Part shown: in pieces, positions 53,762 through 63,289 of the stretch | How the letters are laid out: each line of letters begins with the position of its first letter | Numbering within the stretch: position 1 is the stretch's first letter | From: a virus | Taxonomy: Duplodnaviria > Caudoviricetes | Virus record (IMG/VR): IMGVR_UViG_3300027804_001810 | Coordinates: 10,771 to 74,770 of that record | Direction: 5' to 3' (one strand) | Length of the DNA stretch: 64,000 bases | Position numbers and translations under genes: made by a program | Notes under the pieces: generated by a model | Database searches by the model: none | The model's input: the letters and a program-made list of their open reading frames with translations, nothing else | Told to the model about the DNA's origin: nothing

Positions 53762-54196
53762 TTAGAGATAGTCTTTTCTTGCATGATGCTCTGGAACGAT
53801 CTTGCCAAGTTTAACAGTTAGCAATCCATCCTCAAATAAGACTTCCCGAACTTCCGTGTCATCGGATAATGTCCACGCTCTCTTGAAAGATCGTTGAGCC
53901 AGTCCCTTATGGACGTAGTTGGTGTCAGATTCCCGATCTTCCTTTTGCCCTTCGACAAAAAGTTTTCCATACTCTGTGTATACATGTACTTCCTCCTTTT
54001 TAAATCCAGCAAGTGCAATTTCTAATCTTGATTCAACATTACTCAATTGAACAAGATTATAAGGTGGGTAATTAGAAGTTGTTTCATGAAGATTAAATAG
54101 ACGATCAAAATATTCGTCCATTCCAATACTGTTGCGTGCGATTCTTTCCATTAATGCAGGAAGATCCGACGCAGTATAGCGCATGAGGTTAGTCAT
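53762..54196 (-). CDS. hsp20: Small heat-shock protein Hsp20
   Basis: YPPYNL, LEIALAGF, GLAQRSF and DGLL alpha-crystallin motifs. Confidence 0.95.
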   Translation of the reverse strand: MTNLMRYTASDLPALMERIARNSIGMDEYFDRLFNLHETTSNYPPYNLVQLSNVESRLEIALAGFKKEEVHVYTEYGKLFVEGQKEDRESDTNYVHKGLAQRSFKRAWTLSDDTEVREVLFEDGLLTVKLGKIVPEHHARKDYL

Positions 54197-54272
54197 TATG
54201 GTAGCTCCTTTAAAAGCGAGTTTGTATTTTGTGGATCCTTACGGCATCCATATCTAATTATAATAGTTTTAT

Positions 54273-54298
54273 AAAAAAAGCGGGTCGTGAGACCCGCT
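54273..54298 (-). terminator. Rho-independent terminator after regA
   Basis: AGCGGGTC-TCAC-GACCCGCT followed by T-run. Confidence 0.8.
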
Positions 54299-54303
54299 CT
54301 TTA

Positions 54304-54744
54304 TCATTCGGCATCCTCTACCTTTTTCTTTTTAGCACCAATATTATACTTGGTTTCCAGAATCCAGTCTCCCTTATCCTTATAAGCAAGGACTTTAATT
54401 TGATTCAGAGGAGCAATATCCTGAATCTTTTTAAGATCAACAATCTCAATCAATCCCCAATCTGCAAGAAGTTGGGCAATACGATTGCGACGCTGAACAT
54501 CATTCACAGTCAAGTTTGCGTGTTTGCCATCCAGAGCAAACAGTTCCTTAAAGTGAACGAGATAATACCTACCTTGCTTGTGTAGAATATGGCAAGACTG
54601 ATAGATTTTCTTTTCCTTTCTTGAAGCAACTCCGATTCGGGTCAAAGTCTCACGAACCTTAAGAAAATCATCAGGTTCGTTGAGGATCACTTCCACCATT
54701 TGGTCGGGCGTCCACTTCACTTCAGGTTCTTGAACGACACTCAT
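54304..54744 (-). CDS. regA: Translational repressor RegA
   Basis: DFLKVRETLTRIG...YQSCHILHKQG.YY.VHFKELF. Confidence 0.96.
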   Translation of the reverse strand: MSVVQEPEVKWTPDQMVEVILNEPDDFLKVRETLTRIGVASRKEKKIYQSCHILHKQGRYYLVHFKELFALDGKHANLTVNDVQRRNRIAQLLADWGLIEIVDLKKIQDIAPLNQIKVLAYKDKGDWILETKYNIGAKKKKVEDAE

Positions 54745-55124
54745 TTTGTTCCTCCAGTTTCAAATTTCGATTTAATAAATGTTAGTTGTTCTTTGGTAAG
54801 AATCCTCAAAGCTTGTTTTGCCTTCTCATTACTATATCCATAATAACGTTTGACATAATCAAGGTCTTTGATTTTATCTTGACGGAGCCAGGGAGAAAAC
54901 CTCTTCTTTTTCCTCAGACTATTTATAAAGAAGTCATATTGCATCTTCTTTGGGAGGAAATGATATCGATTCATTTCATTTGCAAACATAATACAATCAA
55001 TGTGCCCAGAAAGGCAGCGATTGATAATATAGGGAGCATATTCCTTCTCAAGTGAAGGATCTTCGTCAATCAGGTGTTGTTTCGTTTGATTGATCGAGTT
55101 TAACCAGTCCTTCAATTCAGTCAT
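54741..55124 (-). CDS. 62: Clamp loader small subunit gp62
   Basis: Y.PYIINR.LS...QYDF..N..RK.KRF..W...YYGYS.EKA. Confidence 0.92.
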   Translation of the reverse strand: MTELKDWLNSINQTKQHLIDEDPSLEKEYAPYIINRCLSGHIDCIMFANEMNRYHFLPKKMQYDFFINSLRKKKRFSPWLRQDKIKDLDYVKRYYGYSNEKAKQALRILTKEQLTFIKSKFETGGTK

Positions 55125-56019
55125 TAATTAAACCTTCTTTTTTTAATTTATCGTATTTGTAGCAACCAGCAAAACTAAACTGAATTTTTGGACCTTCAGT
55201 ATAATTAGATAACAAAAGTTCTTTACGTTGTTTTTGTTCACGCATATATTCACCCACAGAACGCATCGTGTAAGTCAAATCAAACTCAGCAGCGTTCCAG
55301 TTCTTAAACCGATCTTTTACAAGTTGATCGGAGTTATAACTAATCAACTGATCCATATTGTTAGCATCGCAATCAGCAGCAAACTTATCGTGATCAAATC
55401 TTTTGTGCATTGATCCCCTATTCCCGTAGAGATTATCCTTAATGTCATAAGGAGGATCGAGATACATAAAAGCACCTTTGTTTCCATCCATCAGATAATC
55501 ATACGAGTAATTAGTTATACGCCAATTCTCAATCAGTTTAGAATACGCAGGCAACTTTTCGATCCCTCGCAAACTGAAGTTGGAAACGGAGGCTTGTTGA
55601 GAAAATGATGAACTCTCCGTGAGACCACTGAAACTGCACTTATTGACAATATAGAAAGCCACAGCACGATCAATGCTAGGCAAACTTTGGTCATTAATTT
55701 GCTCCTTTGCTTTAAGAAAGAGATCTTTTGCGAGTTCTGGAGTATTGTTTGTTGTCTTAAGATCTACCAGTTTATCCTTAAGATCAATTCCAAAAATCTG
55801 GAGTTGCTGCCAGAAATTTACAAGAGGTTCGTATAAATCATTTACCCAAATATCTAGGTATGGATACTTCTTGGTGATATAAATTGCAACACTTCCACCA
55901 CCAAGAAATGGTTCGCGGAACTCATCATAATTGCGAAGGTCTGGAAAGTAAGGTCCCATCTTTTCACAAGCACGGGACTTACCGCCAGGATATCTTAAAC
56001 AAGTTTTAAGAGACTTCAT
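55117..56019 (-). CDS. dam: DNA adenine methyltransferase (Dam/D12 class)
   Basis: RYPGGKS, EPFLGGGSV, NDL and YLDPPY. Confidence 0.9.
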   Translation of the reverse strand: MKSLKTCLRYPGGKSRACEKMGPYFPDLRNYDEFREPFLGGGSVAIYITKKYPYLDIWVNDLYEPLVNFWQQLQIFGIDLKDKLVDLKTTNNTPELAKDLFLKAKEQINDQSLPSIDRAVAFYIVNKCSFSGLTESSSFSQQASVSNFSLRGIEKLPAYSKLIENWRITNYSYDYLMDGNKGAFMYLDPPYDIKDNLYGNRGSMHKRFDHDKFAADCDANNMDQLISYNSDQLVKDRFKNWNAAEFDLTYTMRSVGEYMREQKQRKELLLSNYTEGPKIQFSFAGCYKYDKLKKEGLIND

Positions 56020-56215
56020 AATCTTTAGGATGATACTTCAAATACTCTCTAAAAGTGAGTTTCATTTCTTTCTGTGTCATACCACAATGCTTTGCGGCAG
56101 CAGGAACAGTCATTTTAGCACGAAAGAGACCTTCATTTGCCTCCTTCACATTTTCAGGAGTTGTTTTTACAGGAACCTCATAAAGAGATGCCTTATTAAT
56201 TTTGAGCAGACCCAT
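56006..56215 (-). CDS. Conserved cyanophage hypothetical protein
   Basis: VKTTPENVKEANEGLF..KM...AA..CGMT. Confidence 0.75.
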   Translation of the reverse strand: MGLLKINKASLYEVPVKTTPENVKEANEGLFRAKMTVPAAAKHCGMTQKEMKLTFREYLKYHPKDYEVS

Positions 56216-56462
56216 TTATACACCTCACAGAAATTTGAACGTCTTTAACTGACTGTGCCATTTCACGATACCCAGTTCCAACATAAAGTTGCCCAGAGAC
56301 AACGGCAACAGCACAAACGCCCCAGAAGATATAATACCACTTGGATTTGACTTGATGTTGCTTTTTCAGTTCATCAAGTTCTTCGTGAATGTCCTGATGG
56401 TGAAACCTTAAAGGTTTTTGTATTAGTGCTTTGAGTTTTTTATTTTTCATTTGAACTCGCAT
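56196..56462 (-). CDS. Hypothetical protein with C-terminal TM
   Basis: ORF track. Confidence 0.65.
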   Translation of the reverse strand: MRVQMKNKKLKALIQKPLRFHHQDIHEELDELKKQHQVKSKWYYIFWGVCAVAVVSGQLYVGTGYREMAQSVKDVQISVRCINGSAQN

Positions 56463-57391
56463 TCTACCATAATTTCCGTCAATGCAGCAAGAAGATTTAT
56501 TTCCTGGTCAACCACGAACGCACATTGGTATTGATACTTAGCAATAATAAGAACGGCAGCGGGGATAGTCGCGGGTGTAAGACAATCATAAGCGGAGTCA
56601 TAAACCCTGCGAAGAAGATGAGAAGCGTCGTTGTCCAAGTTGGCGACCACCCACTTTCGGACTTCAGTAAAGTTCTTATCTTTGAGAGATTTAACCAGTT
56701 CATTTACAGAAACATCAGAAAAACTTGCAAGAATACCAGGATCAATTTCTCCACCAACAGAGTACCTTTGGCACTCATTAAGAACCCTACGCCAATCGGG
56801 GAAGTGCTTGTTAATCAGTTCGGCAAGGACTTTAGGATCGTATCGTACACCTTCCGCATCCAAGATGTCTTGTAGACGCTTGAAGAAGGATCCTGCCAAC
56901 TTGGTTTTTTCTTTTCCTTTGATCCCAAAATCGATGACGGCACATCTGGAGTGGAGAGGTTCAAGGATTTTGTTCTTGTAGTTGCAGGTGAAGATGAATC
57001 TGCAATTTCCAGCAAATTCCTCAATAAACGCCCGTAGTAAGAGTTGTACGTCGTTTCCCGTGTTATCTGCTTCGTCAATGATGACGACTTTGTGTTTAGC
57101 ATCTGACGAAAGCGAAACGGTCGAAGCGAAGTTTTTCGCATTGTTTCGGACAGTATCGAGGAATCTACCCTCGTCGGATCCATTGATGACATAAACATCT
57201 ACTCCCAATTCATTACAGAGTGCTTTTGCAACTGTGGTCTTTCCAATTCCAGGAGGACCAGCAAGAAGCATATTTGGAATTTCACCCTTATTTAGAAAGT
57301 CCTGAAATGTTTTCTTGGTGCTTTCTGGTAAAATACAATCTTCAATAGTTTTGGGACGATACTTTTCAACCCAAATAAAATCACTGTTCAT
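56447..57391 (-). CDS. 44: Clamp loader large subunit gp44
   Basis: WVEKYRP, GPPGIGKT, IIDEAD and SRC. Confidence 0.97.
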   Translation of the reverse strand: MNSDFIWVEKYRPKTIEDCILPESTKKTFQDFLNKGEIPNMLLAGPPGIGKTTVAKALCNELGVDVYVINGSDEGRFLDTVRNNAKNFASTVSLSSDAKHKVVIIDEADNTGNDVQLLLRAFIEEFAGNCRFIFTCNYKNKILEPLHSRCAVIDFGIKGKEKTKLAGSFFKRLQDILDAEGVRYDPKVLAELINKHFPDWRRVLNECQRYSVGGEIDPGILASFSDVSVNELVKSLKDKNFTEVRKWVVANLDNDASHLLRRVYDSAYDCLTPATIPAAVLIIAKYQYQCAFVVDQEINLLAALTEIMVECEFK

Positions 57392-57825
57392 GATATCCTT
57401 TCAATAAATTCAGTTTGTTCAATCAATTCATGTGGAAGATTTTCTGTCCAGATATAGTCTAGATGAGTATCATCAATTTCGGGTATAAACATCTCATCAA
57501 CTTCCACCAAATAAAGTAGAGAAGGAGTATGAGTTGCTTTTGCGTCAGGAACATCTGGAAAAAAATAGTTTGAAAAGGCGATTAATCTACGATTTTCAAA
57601 ATATCTACCAATTTCTCTAGTCTGCACCCGACGAGCAAATTGATCTATGGTTTCTTTAAATCTCAATCTTCCACCAATCACCCAATAAACATCCTTTAAT
57701 GGTTGTTCCGCCCTTTTAATAAAGAGATACTTACTACCACACTTAATCAAAAAATCAATACAAAATAAAGGTACTAATTTTATAATTTTTGCATAGTCTT
57801 CTTCTGGAATAAAATCACTATTCAT
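57388..57825 (-). CDS. Nudix hydrolase, GDP-mannose mannosyl hydrolase (Gmm/WcaH)-like
   Basis: PLFCIDFLI...KR...P....WVIGGRL...ET with a degenerate Nudix box. Confidence 0.65.
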   Translation of the reverse strand: MNSDFIPEEDYAKIIKLVPLFCIDFLIKCGSKYLFIKRAEQPLKDVYWVIGGRLRFKETIDQFARRVQTREIGRYFENRRLIAFSNYFFPDVPDAKATHTPSLLYLVEVDEMFIPEIDDTHLDYIWTENLPHELIEQTEFIERIS

Positions 57826-57828
57826 AAT

Positions 57829-58341
57829 TTAGACCCAATCAGGTTTTCTTTCAGGAATACGAAGATAATTAGATGAAACCCAAGGTTTTGATGCAATATA
57901 CATTTTATATGCAGTAAATGTATCAATGTTTATATCAAGTTTATATTCGTCAGGCATTGCCCGTGCGAATGGAGTCACATCCGTAATTTTTCCCTTTGGA
58001 AACAAGTAGAAGGCATCCACTAGTGTCTTATAGCAGGAATGAGTTTTATTATAGCGCAAAGCATACTCATCGCACAAGTTAAGACCATGTTTGATCAACC
58101 AATAGGCATTGTGGATACTATCCATTGCCCATTTGGTACAGGGATGATTACGAAACGCACCTTTTTCAGTTCTGTAAGGAGTGTTATCAGTCTTGTACAA
58201 AGGACCATAACCATGACCCCATTTTTCAGATGCCACAATGGAAAGCATTTGGCAGCATTCCAACGGCATCTTGACGATGTGTTTATCGGGGAGACAGACA
58301 GCACTTTCCGCAGGCCAAGGAGATGTAACGAATATATTCAT
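57829..58341 (-). CDS. Pyrimidine-dimer DNA glycosylase-like (DenV/Pyr_excise) protein
   Basis: MNIF...A...DKHIVKMPLE..QMLS and NHPCTKW. Confidence 0.75.
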   Translation of the reverse strand: MNIFVTSPWPAESAVCLPDKHIVKMPLECCQMLSIVASEKWGHGYGPLYKTDNTPYRTEKGAFRNHPCTKWAMDSIHNAYWLIKHGLNLCDEYALRYNKTHSCYKTLVDAFYLFPKGKITDVTPFARAMPDEYKLDINIDTFTAYKMYIASKPWVSSNYLRIPERKPDWV

Positions 58342-58766
58342 TAGAAACAATACTTTTGAATTACATACTTAACTTTTTCTGGTTTATCTTCCATCCAATA
58401 CGCTTCATGTTCAATTTGAGCAGAAGCACCAGAAGTTTTCATAGAATTTTTAATATCTTGATATTTAAAAGATGGAAGACTCATATCTTTTTTGGAAATA
58501 CCAAATGGTTTATATCCATTGCAAAGATGTGCTACGTGAGTGCCTTCATGATAAACAGTTTCATTGATATAAAATTTTGCTTCATATCCACTGCTCTTAA
58601 TATTTTTAGTGCAGATTACAAATTTTTTACCAAAATCTGCATATCCAAAAAGATTTACATTACTCCTACAATACCCGACATTTTCACGAACAGAATATTT
58701 TGCTTGATAAATTTGATTGAGAATGTCTTTTGCTTGAGGAGTAAGGTAGAGAAGAAATTCCATCAC
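58341..58766 (-). CDS. Small zincin-like (HExxH) protein
   Basis: ETVYHEGTHVAH...EHEAY. Confidence 0.6.
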   Translation of the reverse strand: MMEFLLYLTPQAKDILNQIYQAKYSVRENVGYCRSNVNLFGYADFGKKFVICTKNIKSSGYEAKFYINETVYHEGTHVAHLCNGYKPFGISKKDMSLPSFKYQDIKNSMKTSGASAQIEHEAYWMEDKPEKVKYVIQKYCF

Positions 58767-59449
58767 CCAAAGGTTGAATCAGGTTCCAGAGCAATATAAT
58801 AGCAGAGATTGTATTTTGGATTCGTGAACTGCGACAGAAGTTTAGAAGACACTACAACGTCATAGGCACCAGGAATAATCTTGATGTTTTCCACCTTGAA
58901 ATTGAAAGTAAACTCCTTATCGGTCTCACCAACCACAATGGCATACTCGTTAGAAGTATCGTTCTTCTTATCACGAACCACCAGTTTGATGACACCGTTC
59001 TCACCAACCGCAGAAAGGTCAGGAAGTTGATACACTGCTGCTGCCTTGACCAGTTTCTCCAAAGAAGTGCTATCCAGTTGGAAGCACACGTCCTGAGAGG
59101 GCAGTTGAATGTCCTTATCGGGGGGAGAGATGATTACATTGGGGTCGGCAAAGAAATACTTCACACGACGCTTACCTTCTTTGATGCTCAGGTGAGAATC
59201 TTCAGTAAAATCAAGATCAGGGTCTTGATGAAGACTCAGACCATTCAGAAACTGATTCAAATCATAAATGGCAAAGTCACGGGGGAACTCTTCAGTAATC
59301 TCTGCTTCTGCCAGAATATTCTTTGCTACAGAAATCGTGCGGAGACGATTACCCTGCTTCACAAGAATAGAGTTGTTAATGCCAGCAAAGTTCTTGAGAA
59401 GAGCGAGAGTGTTATCAGAGAGTTTCATAGTTTTGTTTTGGAGTTTCAT
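58763..59449 (-). CDS. 45: Sliding clamp gp45
   Basis: MKLSDNTL..LKNFA.IN.SI...FAIYDLNQFL...Y.IALE. Confidence 0.95.
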   Translation of the reverse strand: MKLQNKTMKLSDNTLALLKNFAGINNSILVKQGNRLRTISVAKNILAEAEITEEFPRDFAIYDLNQFLNGLSLHQDPDLDFTEDSHLSIKEGKRRVKYFFADPNVIISPPDKDIQLPSQDVCFQLDSTSLEKLVKAAAVYQLPDLSAVGENGVIKLVVRDKKNDTSNEYAIVVGETDKEFTFNFKVENIKIIPGAYDVVVSSKLLSQFTNPKYNLCYYIALEPDSTFG

Positions 59450-59451
59450 AA

Positions 59452-59778
59452 TCAACGGAATTCGGTCAGACCATTATCTTTGCGGGAATAATGCTTATCA
59501 AAATGGAGAAGAAGCATAGCATAGTGAATAACTTTCATCAAGTCACGCTTATTGCGTCCATCTTTATCACCATAGCGACTACCATACTTAAGGATATTCG
59601 CCTGACAAAAACCTGCTGCCAGTTTCTTTGCTGCCATCAGATCAATTGTTTGAATGTCATCATAACCAGATTCATCGCCACAATAATGACCGTGATAAGT
59701 GCTGGTCACATAATCTTCAACATCCTTGAGAATTTTATCTTCGTTGTATTTCCAGAGATGATTTGTGTTTTCAGTCAT
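59452..59778 (-). CDS. DUF3310-like conserved protein
   Basis: TY.GHY...QTID...F...NILKY..RYG.KDG...DL.K..HY. Confidence 0.7.
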   Translation of the reverse strand: MTENTNHLWKYNEDKILKDVEDYVTSTYHGHYCGDESGYDDIQTIDLMAAKKLAAGFCQANILKYGSRYGDKDGRNKRDLMKVIHYAMLLLHFDKHYSRKDNGLTEFR

Positions 59779-59840
59779 AGTAATAGTAAAGGTTGAATCA
59801 CTCATAAAGGGAAGGCACATTTTTACCTTCCCCAATTATA

Positions 59841-60974
59841 TCAGTTCGTTTGTTGAGTGTCAACATAGAATTGCTGTGCATTATTCGCATCAGTAGGCAT
59901 TTTGAAATCTGCATCAACTTTATCATACAGTTCAAGGAATGCTTGCTTGGTTTCCTCATCAAAACGATTCACACAGACTTGAATTGCCTTTGCCTTATCG
60001 TTGAAGATGCTGTAGGCACGAATGATATGCACCAGGCGACGAGTGCTGATGATTTCCTCAATACCACCATCATAGAACGTCTTGCGGATAATGTCACCCC
60101 AATCAACCAAACGCTTGCAGAAGTCACGATCCTCCACCCCAAGGTCCAGAGCAATGCCCTCAAGGATCTTCTGCTCGGTCGCAGGAGCAGGATAGGATTG
60201 CTCCAAAGTCACAGGGAAACGTTCAAGGAATGCTTCGTTGAGAACGTTGGTTCCAATAAACCTGCCGTCGTCGGAACCCTTGCCCTTGGTGTTGGCGGTG
60301 GCAAACACGTTGAAACCAGCAGCAGGTTTCACGAAGCGACCAATCTTTTTCAGGAAGACACCCTTACCTTCAAGGACAGATTGCAGACACAGAATCTTAT
60401 TGGAAGCAAGGTCAATCTCATCCAGAAGCAGAATCGCACCGCGCTCCAGTGCCTCAATCACGGGACCATTGTGCCAAACCGTCTCACCATTCACAAGACG
60501 GAAACCACCAATCAGGTCATCCTCATCAGTCTCGATCGTGATATTGACACGAATCATCTCACGCTTGAGTTGAGCACACGCTTGCTCCACCGAGAACGTT
60601 TTACCGTTACCCGACAGACCCGTAACGAACGTAGGGTAAAAGATACGGGACTGAATAATTTTTTTAATATCGTTAAAGTTACCAAACTTGACGAAGGTAT
60701 CATCTTTATCGGGGATAAGGTTTTGTTCCACAGCAGGGAGAGCAGCAGGTGCTTGATATGCCTGCTCCATTTTACCAACAACACTAGGAGTCACTTCCAA
60801 ATTCCAACGACCACGACCAGTCTTGTAGTCTTCCAGGCGGCGGGTCACGGTTTGATAGTTCAGACCACGAGAAGCACAGAAACCCCTGAGGTCACCAGTG
60901 GTAACTTCAGAACCATACAGTTCTTTAATGGACTCAATCAGTTGAGCATCATTCACGGCAGACTTGCGAGGCAT
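59841..60974 (-). CDS. cobS: CobS-like / MoxR-type AAA+ ATPase
   Basis: GLSGNGKT, LLDEID, ANTKG.G and LNEAFLERF. Confidence 0.9.
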   Translation of the reverse strand: MPRKSAVNDAQLIESIKELYGSEVTTGDLRGFCASRGLNYQTVTRRLEDYKTGRGRWNLEVTPSVVGKMEQAYQAPAALPAVEQNLIPDKDDTFVKFGNFNDIKKIIQSRIFYPTFVTGLSGNGKTFSVEQACAQLKREMIRVNITIETDEDDLIGGFRLVNGETVWHNGPVIEALERGAILLLDEIDLASNKILCLQSVLEGKGVFLKKIGRFVKPAAGFNVFATANTKGKGSDDGRFIGTNVLNEAFLERFPVTLEQSYPAPATEQKILEGIALDLGVEDRDFCKRLVDWGDIIRKTFYDGGIEEIISTRRLVHIIRAYSIFNDKAKAIQVCVNRFDEETKQAFLELYDKVDADFKMPTDANNAQQFYVDTQQTN

Positions 60975-61062
60975 AATGTAGTTAGGTGTGTTTGTTAACT
61001 GAAGTTATTATAACAGCAAAAAGGGGGTCAAAGACCCCCCAGTGGACGGTTTGGAAAGTGGT

Positions 61063-63210
61063 TCAAGCAACGAGTTCCACAAACTCCCCAAGAATCTTTT
61101 TGTTCATTTTCTTGGACTTGAGACTCTTTACGAAAGCAGATTTGATTTGTGCCTTGGAAGCATCTTCAGCAACATCAAACTCCGTGTCTTGAGAAAGGGC
61201 AGTAGCAGAAAGACCAAAGTAAGAATGATAACCAGACTTTTTGATAGTAAATGCTTTTTCTTTTTTCCAAGCACTCATCGTTTTTTCAAGGTCTGGACCA
61301 TACCACCCACAATAACGGCGAATGAAATTGCCAGCATCACGGGATTCAAGGACACGAATACCGATGAAGTTAATATCAGCAAACTTGTCCCGCAGATTGC
61401 GAAGAAAAACATCAGTCATTTGATGCCATTCGCAGTCTAGAGAATAAGTGCTTCCAGTTTTACGGTCACGCAAGAATGACCCAAATCCAATCGTAGCAAC
61501 TCCCATAAAAGGACCATCTTCCCATTGACGCTTCACTTCACGATGATACTTAATACCACACGCTTCACCATCAGTCAGAATGACACACTGAACTTTCTGA
61601 AGTTTATTCTCTTTCTGAAATTTGGGAAGAATCTGATGAAGAGAAATCAGTGCCTCATTCAGTGGAGTTCCTGAAAGAGAAAGCCCCAGAGGAATAGAGT
61701 AACGAGCGTAATAATTGCGACCAAAAGCAGTAGCAAGACGGAAAATATTCTTCATTTGTTCTTCCAGAGTCTTGCCATTCACTTGACTGGTTAGAAGGTT
61801 CATCATAGAGAACCATTCACCAACCTGAATCAGACCATCCTTTTTCTCATAAGAAAGTTCACGAAAACTTGCTTTACCATTCTCATCATAAGAAACCAAA
61901 GGGTAATCTGTGGTAAAAGCATAAACCTCAAACGGAATTGCAACTTTCTTACAGAACCAAACAAGGTTGAAGAGTTGCTTGACCGTATCCAACATCACAT
62001 CACACATAGAACCAGACCAGTCCAGAACGAACACCAGACCGTGATTCTTGCCGTTAGCGAGTGTCGTAACCTTCTTGAACAGGTCTTCGTTGTATTTGTA
62101 GGTATGAAGTTTAGAGCAGTCCAGAACACCAGTGCGGGCAGTTGTAGCACGGGCATAAGAGTCTGCCGCCTTACGACACTCAAATTCTTTGACCAGATAA
62201 TTGACTTCCTTTTGAGCAGAACGCTTGAACTCTACAAACTGTCGGTCAACTTCACCAAAGAGATCTTCATACTTATATCCAGTATTTTCCGAATAAGAGT
62301 CCCAAGATTCTTTACAATTAGAATGAATATCAGCGTTCGGAACAATCACTTTTTTTAGATCAAGTTTAGGCAGTTCCAGATAGACATTTTCAGGACCACT
62401 ATTATTGACGAGTTCTTTCAGTGCCTCTTCCAGAGACTCCATTGTCTTGACTTCAGGTTCTTCATCTTTTTCACCACCTTCATTAGTAGGAGTAGATTGT
62501 TGATCTTGTTCTGCAGTACCACCATAAGAATCAGTTTCACCAGGTTGTTCCTGTTCATTCTCACCTTCTTGTTGATCGGTAAGTTCGTTAGCAGATTGTT
62601 GACTCGAACCGCTATCTTGAGATTCCAGATTATCAATCTGAATTTTAGTTTCTTCCTGTTGTTTCTGCTTACAATACTTGTAGAGTTCTTCTGCGGCAAT
62701 CAAAACATCGGCAAAGGTTTCGGTATCGGCAATCAGATTGATAATTTCAGTTTCTTCACCACGCTCAATGGGAATATCAATATAGTTTCCAATCTTGAAC
62801 CACAGGTTTGCACGGTCGGCAAGATTATAAGTTTCCAGTTTATCATCACCAATCTGGAAGAAATCATCGTCAGCAAGTTCCCGATAACCAGCATAGAAGG
62901 TCTTGGCAAGACCAGCATAACGACGCTTCATCAGTTTCTCAATACGAGCATCCTCAACCACATTCACAAACTGTGGGGGAACTTTTACTTTCTCCAACCA
63001 ATCCTCATCAGGCGTGTAGAGAGCGTGTCCGCACTCATGGGAAACCAAAAGGTCATAAACGGTGTTGCTTGCCTTCTCCCACATTGGCAGGGTCAGCACA
63101 CGAGTATGAACGTTGAAGCAAGCAGTCTCCACCTTCTTGTGCTCAACCACAAGGTCTTCGGTGGCAAGAAGTTTAGCAAGTTGGGACTTGATTTCGTGGC
63201 GGACGGTCAT
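61063..63210 (-). CDS. vWA/MIDAS protein with N-terminal HExxH domain (CobT-like partner)
   Basis: SHECGH, LDWSGSM (DxSxS), GTPL and LTDGE; acidic linker. Confidence 0.85.
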   Translation of the reverse strand: MTVRHEIKSQLAKLLATEDLVVEHKKVETACFNVHTRVLTLPMWEKASNTVYDLLVSHECGHALYTPDEDWLEKVKVPPQFVNVVEDARIEKLMKRRYAGLAKTFYAGYRELADDDFFQIGDDKLETYNLADRANLWFKIGNYIDIPIERGEETEIINLIADTETFADVLIAAEELYKYCKQKQQEETKIQIDNLESQDSGSSQQSANELTDQQEGENEQEQPGETDSYGGTAEQDQQSTPTNEGGEKDEEPEVKTMESLEEALKELVNNSGPENVYLELPKLDLKKVIVPNADIHSNCKESWDSYSENTGYKYEDLFGEVDRQFVEFKRSAQKEVNYLVKEFECRKAADSYARATTARTGVLDCSKLHTYKYNEDLFKKVTTLANGKNHGLVFVLDWSGSMCDVMLDTVKQLFNLVWFCKKVAIPFEVYAFTTDYPLVSYDENGKASFRELSYEKKDGLIQVGEWFSMMNLLTSQVNGKTLEEQMKNIFRLATAFGRNYYARYSIPLGLSLSGTPLNEALISLHQILPKFQKENKLQKVQCVILTDGEACGIKYHREVKRQWEDGPFMGVATIGFGSFLRDRKTGSTYSLDCEWHQMTDVFLRNLRDKFADINFIGIRVLESRDAGNFIRRYCGWYGPDLEKTMSAWKKEKAFTIKKSGYHSYFGLSATALSQDTEFDVAEDASKAQIKSAFVKSLKSKKMNKKILGEFVELVA

Positions 63211-63289
63211 AGGTTTGATTTCTTATGGAACCATCATACAAAAAAAATAGGGTGGTTAGACCCTCTTACGTGCCAGTTTGAGAAGTGGT

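Noticed and set aside
59850-60998. 382-aa plus-strand ORF
   Set aside because: Exact antisense shadow of the CobS-like gene; no recognisable motifs, RBS or promoter.
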